Positions 48,053-56,874 of a DNA stretch of 64,000 nt are shown piece after piece. Every line of letters begins with the position of its first letter. The first letter of the stretch is position 1. Made by a program: the position numbers and the translations under genes. The notes below the pieces were generated by a model. It ran no database searches and was not told the origin of the DNA. It was given only the letters and a program-made list of their open reading frames with translations. The stretch comes from Campylobacteraceae bacterium (GTDB lineage: Bacteria > Campylobacterota > Campylobacteria > Campylobacterales > JALSKU01): contig JALWUQ010000088.1 of assembly GCA_026993075.1 (NCBI GenBank), forward strand, positions 3,700 to 67,699, read 5' to 3'.

Positions 48053-49460
48053 TTATAAATATGAATCACAAAAATTAGCGAGTTGGTATTTTACGGTTGC
48101 TGTCATTCTTTTTGGTGCACAACTTCTCTTAGGCTTAGTTGCAGCTATTCAATTTATTTATCCATCTTTTTTATATGATATATTAGATTTTTCAATTGCA
48201 AGAATTATACATATAAATGCATTAGTAGTCTGGATGTTATATGCAATGATTGGTGCGGTATATTATCTTTTACCGGAAGAAACGGGCATAGAGACAGTGG
48301 GTATTGGTATGGCAAAACTGTTGTTTTGGATATTGACTCTTGCAGTTGCTGTGGTTGTTCTTGTATTTATCTTTGTTCAAATTGGACCTGGAAAAACAAG
48401 TACGATCTGGTTTATTACTGAGGGAAGGGAATATCTTGAAGCACCAAGATGGGCTGATATCGGTATAGTTGTTGTAGTTCTTGGCTTTTTAGCAAATACT
48501 TTTTTGACATCTATAAAAGGTAGAAGAACCGGTATTATGACTGTAATTTTGGCAGATATGATAGCACTCGCAGGCTTATATTTAGCAGGTATGTTTTTTA
48601 CTGATAATATCACAATGGATCAATACTGGTGGTGGTGGGTTATACACCTTTGGGTTGAAGCCACTTGGGAGGTTTATGTCGGTGCATTAGCCGCTTATGG
48701 TCTTATAAAAATAGTAAATGCAAATAGACAAGTTGTTGAAATGTGGCTTTGGATAGAAGTTGCAATGCTGTTTGGTTCAGGTATATTAGGTTTGGGTCAT
48801 CACTATTTCTGGATAGGAACTCCAGAGTATTGGTGGGAAATTGGTGCTTTATTTAGTGCATTGGAGCCAGTACCTTTGATAGGAATGTTTGTTCATGTAT
48901 TGTATGACTGGGGTAAAGAAAAAGGTATGGCAATGAATGAGGGAAAAGATACAACTTCCAATAATACTCCTGCACTTATGTGGCTTGTTTCAAATGGTTT
49001 TGGTAACTTTTTGGGAGCTGGTGTCTGGGGATTTTTCCACACACTTCCGCAAGTAAATATCTATACTCACGGAACTCAGTTCACAGCTGCACACGGTCAT
49101 CTTGCTTTCTTTGGAGCTTATGCAACTATATTAATCGCAATGTTTTATATAGGAGTTCAAGGTAAGCACGGTATCAAAAAACTTAGATCTACATTTGCCT
49201 CAAATATGGCAATATTTCTTTTAACATTTGGAATGCTTGGAATGACTGTAGCATTAACTATCGCTGGATATGAGCAGGTGCTTATCGCAAGAGCCCAACT
49301 TGGTGCTACTTGGAATGCATTCTTTTTAGCTCAAAATCAGCAATGGTTTGCACAAGCTATGGATTGGAGATTTTTTATGGGTATTGTAATGACAGTCGGA
49401 TTTGTTTATCTTGTTAAGGATTTATTGACAATTGCTAAAAATCCTAAAAATGTTTACTAA
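48036..49460 (+). CDS. norB: Nitric oxide reductase large subunit (cNOR)
   Basis: 12-TM heme-copper oxidase fold with conserved His-containing helices (HINALVVW, WWWVIHLWVE, GLGHHYFWIG, AAHGHLAFFGAY). Confidence 0.93.
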   Translation: MQGRNSYKYESQKLASWYFTVAVILFGAQLLLGLVAAIQFIYPSFLYDILDFSIARIIHINALVVWMLYAMIGAVYYLLPEETGIETVGIGMAKLLFWILTLAVAVVVLVFIFVQIGPGKTSTIWFITEGREYLEAPRWADIGIVVVVLGFLANTFLTSIKGRRTGIMTVILADMIALAGLYLAGMFFTDNITMDQYWWWWVIHLWVEATWEVYVGALAAYGLIKIVNANRQVVEMWLWIEVAMLFGSGILGLGHHYFWIGTPEYWWEIGALFSALEPVPLIGMFVHVLYDWGKEKGMAMNEGKDTTSNNTPALMWLVSNGFGNFLGAGVWGFFHTLPQVNIYTHGTQFTAAHGHLAFFGAYATILIAMFYIGVQGKHGIKKLRSTFASNMAIFLLTFGMLGMTVALTIAGYEQVLIARAQLGATWNAFFLAQNQQWFAQAMDWRFFMGIVMTVGFVYLVKDLLTIAKNPKNVY

Positions 49461-49471
49461 AAGGAGATTAT

Positions 49472-49639
49472 ATGTATCATGCAATGTTTGAACCATTTAC
49501 AGATGTAAATTGGAGTTTTTTTGGTTGGCTTAATGAAGGTCCTTTGACTTTAAGCCTTTTTTTACATACTATTATCGTTCTTCCAATGTTTTGGATTTAT
49601 TTCCAAGAAAAAAAGAGATTGGAAAACGAAAATCAGTAA
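49472..49639 (+). CDS. Small single-TM protein downstream of norB (CcoQ/FixQ-like architecture)
   Basis: Hand-translated 55-aa ORF MYHAMFEPFTDVNWSFFGWLNEGPLTLSLFLHTIIVLPMFWIYFQEKKRLENENQ, with AAGGAG 5 nt upstream of the ATG. It is below the ORF-track cutoff. It has one TM helix followed by a charged tail. Confidence 0.55.
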   Translation: MYHAMFEPFTDVNWSFFGWLNEGPLTLSLFLHTIIVLPMFWIYFQEKKRLENENQ

Positions 49640-49678
49640 ATAATATTGGGTAGGGAATATAAAATTTAAGGAGGAAAC

Positions 49679-51388
49679 ATGAAGTTAGTAAAGACGATTA
49701 GCATTGCTATAAGTTCGGTAGCAATAGTTGGGTTTATGCAGGCTAACGCATCGGGCATGGATTATGCTAAAGTATATAAACAGCAGTGTCAGGGTTGTCA
49801 CGGTGCAATGCATCAAGGGGGAGTTGGAGCAAATCTTAAACCAAAGGCATTAAAAAGAGCAAATGCTCAAATGTTAGCTGAGACAATACTCTATGGTAGA
49901 GCTGGAACTGCAATGCCAGCGTGGAAAAGTATATTTACAAAAAACGATGCTGCAGGTATGGTTAGTTGGCTTATAGATTGGAAAAATACAGTTAAACTTA
50001 AACTGTCTCTTAAAGATGTCAAAAAAACTTGGAAGAAATTGGCAAATAGGGTAGAATTATATAAGAAATATCCAAAACCAGTTGATGTAAAAAGTGTAAA
50101 AGATATCACAATAGCAGTAGAAAGAGATGCATCTTTAATAGATTTTATCGATGGAACAACTGGAAAAATTTTGAGCAGGCATAAAGCAGGATATGCTATT
50201 CACATTGCTGAAACAAATAAAAGAATTCCAAGATATGCTTATTGTATAAGTAGATCAGGAATACTCACAATGTTTGATTTAAATGCTCCAGGTCAGCCGG
50301 CACTTGCTAGTGTTCATGTTGGAGAAAGTAGTCGTGGTATAGCAGCTAGCCCAGATGGAAGATATGTGATGGTAGGAAATTATAATCCTGGTGGTGCAAT
50401 TTTACTTGATGCTATGACACTAGAGCCTTTAAAAGTGTATCCTACTTCGAGTGTAATAAATACTCAAGGGGATATTGGGCCAAGTAGAGTTGCTTATATA
50501 GCTCAAACACCATATAGACCATATTTTACTTTTGCATTAAAAGATGGTGGACATGTTTATGTTGTTGATTATTCAAAACCTGGTTTTCCTATCATAGCTG
50601 ATATCCCTAATATAGGTAAAATATTACATGATGCTTTTGAAAACGAAGGAGTTGATGAAGGTAGATTTGTTTATGTTGCGTCTCAAGGAAGCAATTTAAT
50701 GGGTGTAATAGATCTTAAAACATTAAAACTTGCTGCTAAGATTTATACAGGTCCTGGTACTAAACCACACCCTGGTCCTGGAGCTTCTTGGTATAATAAC
50801 AAATATGGTCAGCTTGAAGCTACAAATAGCATGAATACAGGTGATGTTGTAATATGGAATAAAGACAATGAAGTTGTAAAAAATGTTATAACTGCAGGAG
50901 GTGGTTTATTTGTAAATACAGGCGAAAATACTCCATACATTTGGTCTGATTGTGTTCTTGGCGGTCCGCATAATTACAATAAATTATATCTTATAAACAA
51001 GCAAACTTTAAAAGTTGATAGAATTATTGAAGTAGGCAAGAAAAAAGGTCATTTAGTAGATGCACATACGGGTAAGATTCTTCAAACTTGGGATGCAACT
51101 CAGTATAAAACTGTTAAACATAAGGAGATTAAATCTAAAATTTCTAATGAATATATAGTACCTTATACTGCCAAGCATGGTGTAAGAGTTGCTAAACCTG
51201 TTCAACCAAGACTTCTTCATGCTGAACCTGCAAACTTTGGTAAATGGATGACTATAAGTGAATGGACAACAGGTCGTATAGGTATTTACAATGCAAAAAC
51301 TGGTAAATTTATAAAGTATATTTACAATCTTACAACACCAACTTTTACATATTCAATTTCTCATAGAGAAAAAGTTCCTGGTGCTTAG
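49679..51388 (+). CDS. nirS: Cytochrome cd1 nitrite reductase
   Basis: Signal peptide, N-terminal heme c domain (CQGCHG...MPAW) and a long d1 beta-propeller domain, 569 aa. GGAGG SD. Confidence 0.93.
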   Translation: MKLVKTISIAISSVAIVGFMQANASGMDYAKVYKQQCQGCHGAMHQGGVGANLKPKALKRANAQMLAETILYGRAGTAMPAWKSIFTKNDAAGMVSWLIDWKNTVKLKLSLKDVKKTWKKLANRVELYKKYPKPVDVKSVKDITIAVERDASLIDFIDGTTGKILSRHKAGYAIHIAETNKRIPRYAYCISRSGILTMFDLNAPGQPALASVHVGESSRGIAASPDGRYVMVGNYNPGGAILLDAMTLEPLKVYPTSSVINTQGDIGPSRVAYIAQTPYRPYFTFALKDGGHVYVVDYSKPGFPIIADIPNIGKILHDAFENEGVDEGRFVYVASQGSNLMGVIDLKTLKLAAKIYTGPGTKPHPGPGASWYNNKYGQLEATNSMNTGDVVIWNKDNEVVKNVITAGGGLFVNTGENTPYIWSDCVLGGPHNYNKLYLINKQTLKVDRIIEVGKKKGHLVDAHTGKILQTWDATQYKTVKHKEIKSKISNEYIVPYTAKHGVRVAKPVQPRLLHAEPANFGKWMTISEWTTGRIGIYNAKTGKFIKYIYNLTTPTFTYSISHREKVPGA

Positions 51389-51391
51389 GAT

Positions 51392-51428
51392 ATATTACCT
51401 GCCATTTTTGGCAGGTAATATCTTTTCT
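51392..51428 (+). terminator. Rho-independent terminator/attenuator after nirS
   Basis: ATATTACCTGCCA-tttt-TGGCAGGTAATAT (13-bp stem) followed by CTTTTCTT. It begins 4 nt after the nirS stop. Confidence 0.75.
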
Positions 51429-51442
51429 TACTTGGTAAGCAG

Positions 51443-52540
51443 ATGAGAATAATTTTTTTTGTTTCTCTAATCTTTTCATTGGGATATTCAGTATATCTTT
51501 CAAATAAATCTTGTAAAGAGTGTCATAAAAAAATTTATATGGAGTATCAATACTCTTACCACTCAAAGGGTTATTTCAATGATATACTACACCGAAAAAT
51601 TGCAGATAAAATAAGTACAAAAAAATATGACTGTGCTATTTGCCATATGCCCGCAGCAAATAACATAAGAGATATTATAGATGGGGTAGATAGACCAAAT
51701 AGTGCAAATGTAACTAACAGTGATGCTGTATCTTGTTTTTTTTGTCATGAAATAGCTTATGTTAAAAAATCACATAGATTTAATATAAATATTTTAACAA
51801 AACAAGCCAGCGGTTACAAACCAAGCCTATATGGTAATTTGAAAAACCCCGCCAATAATGCAAAACACTTCTCCTTAGATAATCCTTTGTATGAAAATAA
51901 TGTTTGCAAAGGATGTCATTCACATAAGAGAAATGAAAACAACTTACTTATTTTTCGGGCTATGAAAGATAGCCAAACTTCAAAAGAGTGTATAAAATGC
52001 CATATGCCTTATATTCAAGGTGGCAATGAGGACATAAATGAAAAGGCAAGAAAAGTACATAGAAGTCACTATTTTAATGGTATTTATAGTGATGAAATGA
52101 GAAAAAAAAGTGTTAATTTAAAACTTGCTTTTAAGAAAAAGTATCATATAATTATAACTTTAAAAAATAAGATGGGTCATCCTCTTATAATACAATCAGC
52201 AAGAGAAATGTTTTTGAGAGTATTAATAAAAAGAGGAAATAAAATTGTTTGGAGTAATAAAAAAGATAAAAATTCATATTTCAAATATGATTATCTAAAA
52301 GGAAAAAATGATATTGTTATCCCTTATACCGCAACTTCATATAAGTGGTATAATAATTTAGGAGCGAGAAAAAGTAAAATTTATAATTATTATATAAAAA
52401 ATTTGAAAAAGGGTGATAAGGTAGATGTATCTTTTTATATTATTATTGCCAGAAAAAAGTGTTTAAATGATATAGGATTAGCTAATAATGGTCTATACAG
52501 ACCACTTTTAGCTAAAAAGATAGTAAAAATTGTACAGTAA
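51443..52540 (+). CDS. Membrane-anchored/secreted pentaheme c-type cytochrome with a non-heme C-terminal domain
   Basis: N-terminal hydrophobic segment and five CxxCH motifs (CKECH, CAICH, CFFCH, CKGCH, CIKCH) in the first ~190 aa. The last ~170 aa lack heme motifs. Confidence 0.75.
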   Translation: MRIIFFVSLIFSLGYSVYLSNKSCKECHKKIYMEYQYSYHSKGYFNDILHRKIADKISTKKYDCAICHMPAANNIRDIIDGVDRPNSANVTNSDAVSCFFCHEIAYVKKSHRFNINILTKQASGYKPSLYGNLKNPANNAKHFSLDNPLYENNVCKGCHSHKRNENNLLIFRAMKDSQTSKECIKCHMPYIQGGNEDINEKARKVHRSHYFNGIYSDEMRKKSVNLKLAFKKKYHIIITLKNKMGHPLIIQSAREMFLRVLIKRGNKIVWSNKKDKNSYFKYDYLKGKNDIVIPYTATSYKWYNNLGARKSKIYNYYIKNLKKGDKVDVSFYIIIARKKCLNDIGLANNGLYRPLLAKKIVKIVQ

Positions 52541-52550
52541 AGGTATAACA

Positions 52551-52862
52551 ATGAGAAAAACAATAATATTTTTAATATTTTTTTCAGTGTATTTGATGGC
52601 AAGTGACAATATGGCTATGAAAGTTTTTCAAGGATACTGCTGGGGATGTCATCATCAAACAGCACAAGCCTTTGGACCTTCTTTTAGAAGTATTGCAAAC
52701 AAAAGAACAAAAGGTGAGATAATCGCTCAGATAAGGGACCCTAAGGATACTTATAAAATGTTGGGGTATAAGATAAATTCAATGCCTGCATTTAATGATT
52801 TAAATAATACACAATTAAATGCAATCGTTACATATATATTAAGTTTTAAGGATAAAAAATGA
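52551..52862 (+). CDS. Monoheme class I cytochrome c (NirC-like, or the cytochrome domain of a split NirN)
   Basis: Signal peptide, CWGCH heme motif and a distal NSMPAF Met-ligand motif. ATG 52551 is preferred over the ORF-track start. Confidence 0.75.
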   Translation: MRKTIIFLIFFSVYLMASDNMAMKVFQGYCWGCHHQTAQAFGPSFRSIANKRTKGEIIAQIRDPKDTYKMLGYKINSMPAFNDLNNTQLNAIVTYILSFKDKK

Positions 52863-53944
52863 AGAAGGCAGTAATAGTTTTATTGATTTTAATAGTTTCA
52901 GTTTTAAATGCAAGAGATAAAATATTTGTAGTAGAGAGAGAAAATTCAACTCTTGCTGTAATTGATCATCATCTTTTAGTAGATGAGATAAAACATATGC
53001 ATAATTTCAATCATGCCGTTGTTAAATTTAAGGGAAAAGATGGTTATGTTATAACAAGAGATGGATATATAATCAAATTTAATCCCATTAAAGATGTGAT
53101 AGAAAAAGAGTACAGAACAAGTCCGAGTGCAATTGGATTTATAATAGGCAAAAACTTTGTTGCTGTTGCAAATTATGGTAGCAAAACTGTGGAAGTGGTA
53201 AGTAGAAATTTAGTACCGATTCAAAGCATAAAAACAAATAGTAGAAATGTAGGTATCAAATTATATAAAAATTATCTTGTTTTCGAATGCATGGATACGG
53301 ATGAAATATGGGTTATGAAAAATATACAACCAAAAGCTAAAAAACCTCATTTTGTAATCTATAAAAAATTTAAAAATGTAGGAAAAGTCCCTTTTGATGC
53401 TCTAATAGATAAAAATCTTTATGTATCAGGATTTTTTAATTCACCTTTTATAGGTGTATTAAACTTAAATACTATGAAATATAAAACCATACCATTAAAT
53501 TTGGGAAAAAGAGATAGGGTGCTGAAAGTACCTCATTTTGGGTTTTGGAGCGTTTCAAAAGGATACTTTTTTATTCCTGCCGTGGGTGCTAGAAAAGTTT
53601 TTGTATTTACCCATAAGTTTAAGCTTGTAAAAGCTATAAATGTTATAGGCAATCCAGTTTTTACCTCTTTAAGTCCAAATAAAAAATATCTTGCAGTTAC
53701 CTTTAGCGGTAAAGATTTTCCAAGAGTTCAGATAGTTGATACAAAAACTCTAAAAATTATAAAAAATTTTAAATTTAAGGGTATGGTTTTACATGTAAGA
53801 TGGTCAACTAATGGTAAATATTTGTATGTTTCAGTTAATGGTGCCAATGAAGTACTGGGTATAAATACACATGGTTGGTGGAAAAACTTCTCATGGCCTG
53901 TGCCTAGATCATCAGGAATTTTTATATATAAAACTGGAAATTGA
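52859..53944 (+). CDS. nirF: Heme d1 biosynthesis protein, cd1-type beta-propeller (NirF/NirN-like)
   Basis: Signal peptide, 361 aa with repeated beta-strand propeller character, no CxxCH, located between the cytochrome c gene and nirJ. Its ATG overlaps the upstream stop (ATGA). Confidence 0.7.
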   Translation: MKKAVIVLLILIVSVLNARDKIFVVERENSTLAVIDHHLLVDEIKHMHNFNHAVVKFKGKDGYVITRDGYIIKFNPIKDVIEKEYRTSPSAIGFIIGKNFVAVANYGSKTVEVVSRNLVPIQSIKTNSRNVGIKLYKNYLVFECMDTDEIWVMKNIQPKAKKPHFVIYKKFKNVGKVPFDALIDKNLYVSGFFNSPFIGVLNLNTMKYKTIPLNLGKRDRVLKVPHFGFWSVSKGYFFIPAVGARKVFVFTHKFKLVKAINVIGNPVFTSLSPNKKYLAVTFSGKDFPRVQIVDTKTLKIIKNFKFKGMVLHVRWSTNGKYLYVSVNGANEVLGINTHGWWKNFSWPVPRSSGIFIYKTGN

Positions 53945-55071
53945 TTATGTTAAGAATATCTAATCTTATTGATTCTGTCATTAATGATAAAAAAGAGAGA
54001 TTACTTGATGGCAATATAATAATATGGAATTTTACAAATCGCTGTAATCTTTCATGCCATCATTGCTACTCTTATGCAGATCCAAGCTCAAAAGATTTTT
54101 TAACTACTGAATTTATTCTTGATTCTATTAAAGATTTAAAAAAAGCAAATGTAAAATTTGTTATTTTCAGTGGCGGTGAACCGCTTATAAGAAAAGATAT
54201 CTTTGAAATTGCTGATGCTATGAGAAAAGAGGGAATAATTACATATCTTTCTACAAATGGTCTTTATGTAAATGAAAAAAATGTTAAAGATATTATAGAT
54301 AAATTTAATTATATAGGAATAAGCATAGATGGAATTGAGAAAGTCCATGATAAGTTCAGAGGTTTGGACGGAGCTTACAAAAAAAGTATAGCTGCTATAA
54401 AATTGATACAACAAAATGGAGGTAATGCAGGCATTAGGTTTACTATGACAAAAGAGACTGAAGATAGTTTTTATGATATATTTAAACTTGCAGAAGATAT
54501 TGGTGTTGACAAGCTATATCTTTCTCACCTTGTTTATTCTGGAAGAGGACTTGAAAATTTAAAAATTGACATAAGCAAAGAAAAAAGATTAGAATTTGTA
54601 AATTTTATAATAGATAAGGCTATGCAGTATCAGCGTGATAATGTCAATATAGATATAGTCACAGGCAATATGGAAATGGATGCGATAATACTGCTTGAGA
54701 AATTCTCAAAAATTTACCCGGAATTAGAAAATAAAATGATCAAAAAACTCAGAGACTGGGGTGGCAATAGTGCCGGAAAAAGACTGGGTAATATTGATTT
54801 TATTGGTCTTGTCAAACCAGATCCTTTTTTTCCTTTTACAATAGGAGATATGAATGAAGAGAGTTTTGATAAGATTTGGCTCAATAAAGATAATGATATA
54901 CTAAGAAGACTTAGAAAAAATCCAAGAAGCATTAGTGGGAAATGTACAAATTGTAATGTTATAGATATATGTAATGGTGGCAGTAGGAGTAGAGCTTATG
55001 CATTACATAATGATTTGTGGGCAGAGGATCCGTCTTGTTATCTAAATGATTTTCAAAGAGGGATTAAATAA
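53941..55071 (+). CDS. nirJ: Radical SAM heme d1 biosynthesis protein NirJ
   Basis: Radical SAM motif CNLSCHHCY and a C-terminal Cys cluster (CTNCNVIDICNGG). Lies in the nir context. Confidence 0.85.
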   Translation: MIMLRISNLIDSVINDKKERLLDGNIIIWNFTNRCNLSCHHCYSYADPSSKDFLTTEFILDSIKDLKKANVKFVIFSGGEPLIRKDIFEIADAMRKEGIITYLSTNGLYVNEKNVKDIIDKFNYIGISIDGIEKVHDKFRGLDGAYKKSIAAIKLIQQNGGNAGIRFTMTKETEDSFYDIFKLAEDIGVDKLYLSHLVYSGRGLENLKIDISKEKRLEFVNFIIDKAMQYQRDNVNIDIVTGNMEMDAIILLEKFSKIYPELENKMIKKLRDWGGNSAGKRLGNIDFIGLVKPDPFFPFTIGDMNEESFDKIWLNKDNDILRRLRKNPRSISGKCTNCNVIDICNGGSRSRAYALHNDLWAEDPSCYLNDFQRGIK

Positions 55072-55826
55072 TGGGTATGGCATATTTGACTGGATCGGGA
55101 CCAGGTGATCTAGAACTTTTAACACTCAAAGCAAATAAAATAGTGCAAGAAGCCGATGTTATTATATATGATAGGCTCGCAAATCCTGATATATTAAAAA
55201 AAGCAAAAAGTGGATGTAAATTTATTTATGTTGGTAAAGAAGATGGAAAGCACACGATACCTCAGGAGGAAATTAATAAAATAATATATAAAAATACTAT
55301 TGAAAATGATATTGTAGTAAGGTTAAAAGGCGGCGATCCTTTCGTTTTTGGAAGAGGAGGCGAAGAGGGGAAATATTTACATGACAGAGGTATTGACTTT
55401 GAAGTGATACCTGGAGTTACTTCGGCTATAAGTGTACCTGCATACGCAGGTATACCGGTGACTCACAGAGGAGTGGCAGTTTCATTTAAAGTTATAACCG
55501 GACACGAAGCACCAGGAAAAGAGCATTCACAAATTGATTGGGATTCGCTAAAAGGTGATGGCACAATCATATTCCTAATGGGTTTACATAATTTGTCCAA
55601 AATAAGCAGAAAATTAATACAAATAGGAAAACCGAAAGATTTTCCCATTGCAGTTATAAGTAAAGGTACGACCAAAGAGCAAAAAGTTGTGGTATCTACA
55701 TTGGAAAATATAGTCAAAGAATCAAAAGATTTAAAAACACCTGCACTCATAATAGTGGGGAATGTTGTTAAATTGAGAAAAGATTTAGATTGGTTCAAAT
55801 CCCAAAAAAAGAGTGAACAAAATTAA
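55071..55826 (+). CDS. nirE: Uroporphyrinogen-III C-methyltransferase (SUMT; NirE/CobA)
   Basis: GSGPGD.ELLT.KA......AD.IIYDRL, LKGGDPF.FGRGGEE and PGVTSA motifs. Confidence 0.9.
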   Translation: MGMAYLTGSGPGDLELLTLKANKIVQEADVIIYDRLANPDILKKAKSGCKFIYVGKEDGKHTIPQEEINKIIYKNTIENDIVVRLKGGDPFVFGRGGEEGKYLHDRGIDFEVIPGVTSAISVPAYAGIPVTHRGVAVSFKVITGHEAPGKEHSQIDWDSLKGDGTIIFLMGLHNLSKISRKLIQIGKPKDFPIAVISKGTTKEQKVVVSTLENIVKESKDLKTPALIIVGNVVKLRKDLDWFKSQKKSEQN

Positions 55827-56166
55827 TTTGTTTTCTATTTTTTAAATTCAATGTTTTAATGGTCTGATTTTTATCATTATTTATAGACAAAACAGATCCT
55901 GTCAACTTAAGATGTTTTTTGCCCCACTGTCTTTCAAGTTGATCAAGCCTTTTAAAAACTATTTCATTACTTGGTTTTTCTTTAGTCTTAGTTTTCTCGT
56001 TAATTATAGTCAGACCTCCTAATCTTTTTTCGAGCCTATAAGGAATATAGGCAGATAAAGCATTCATAACCACTTTATTTTTTGTTTTTGGCATAGCATT
56101 TTTAAATGCTATAAAACTTAAAAACATAAATACAAATATTAAACCTATAAACATCTTTCTACTCAT
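55795..56166 (-). CDS. Hypothetical membrane-anchored protein, translationally coupled to sirC
   Basis: 123 aa with an N-terminal TM (FIGLIFVFMFLSFIAF) and a K-rich soluble part. Its ATG overlaps the sirC stop (ATGA). Its 3' end overlaps the nirE 3' end by 32 nt. Confidence 0.45.
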   Translation of the reverse strand: MSRKMFIGLIFVFMFLSFIAFKNAMPKTKNKVVMNALSAYIPYRLEKRLGGLTIINEKTKTKEKPSNEIVFKRLDQLERQWGKKHLKLTGSVLSINNDKNQTIKTLNLKNRKQINFVHSFFGI

Positions 56167-56735
56167 TGTTTTTTCCTTTTTTTGTCAAAAAAAAGTCTTG
56201 CTTTTTCATCTAAATATTTCATCCTTAAAGCTCCTTTTGGAAGTTTTTTCCTATAATTTTTCATATTGACTAAAAAGTTATCAATACCATTAGGCAAAAT
56301 TTGTTCTATATACTTTCTTAAGTACTTGGCAACAGCTGGTGAAGAACCGGAGGTGGAAACAGATATAGTCAAATCACCTTTTTTTATGTACGAGGGAAAG
56401 ATAAAATCACAATAATCGACTGAGTCAACAGCATTACATAAAATATGTTTTTTTGAAGCTTCTGTAAAAATATCTTTTTGTATTTTTACTTTATCTACTG
56501 CAATTATAACAATATCATAGCCATTTATATTATTTTTTTCATATTTTTTTTCAATAGTGGATAAATTATTTCTAAAAGCGATTGTTTTGATTTCGTCACT
56601 GATTTTTATTGCTATTATTGATATATTTTTAGTAAAATCAAGTAAGTGTACAAGCTTATCTTTTGCAATTTTTCCACCTCCTACAATGAGAACTTTTTTA
56701 TTATCAATTTTAATATATGCAGGAAAATAATTCAT
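56163..56735 (-). CDS. sirC: Precorrin-2 dehydrogenase / sirohydrochlorin ferrochelatase (CysG N-terminal / SirC-Met8 type)
   Basis: FP.Y......KVLIVGGGKIA..K...LL NAD-binding start and 190 aa are typical of the siroheme synthase N-terminal domain. Confidence 0.8.
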   Translation of the reverse strand: MNYFPAYIKIDNKKVLIVGGGKIAKDKLVHLLDFTKNISIIAIKISDEIKTIAFRNNLSTIEKKYEKNNINGYDIVIIAVDKVKIQKDIFTEASKKHILCNAVDSVDYCDFIFPSYIKKGDLTISVSTSGSSPAVAKYLRKYIEQILPNGIDNFLVNMKNYRKKLPKGALRMKYLDEKARLFFDKKRKKQ

Positions 56736-56788
56736 TTACAACTCTTTTTTAATTTGATATATTATAACATATTTTTATTTATTAAACT

Positions 56789-56802
56789 TTGATATTAATC
56801 AA
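56789..56802. promoter_or_regulatory. FNR/CRP-type box shared by the divergent sirC and ccp promoters
   Basis: TTGATATTAATCAA is a perfect TTGAT-N4-ATCAA. TATAAT hexamers start 29.5 bp from the box centre on both strands (plus strand 56825-56830; minus strand 56766-56761, as TGTTATAAT). Confidence 0.65.
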
Positions 56803-56874
56803 TGATTTAATTTTGATATTTATATATAATTAATACAAAAGATATGATTATTGGCTAAAAAAGGAGTTTTATGG

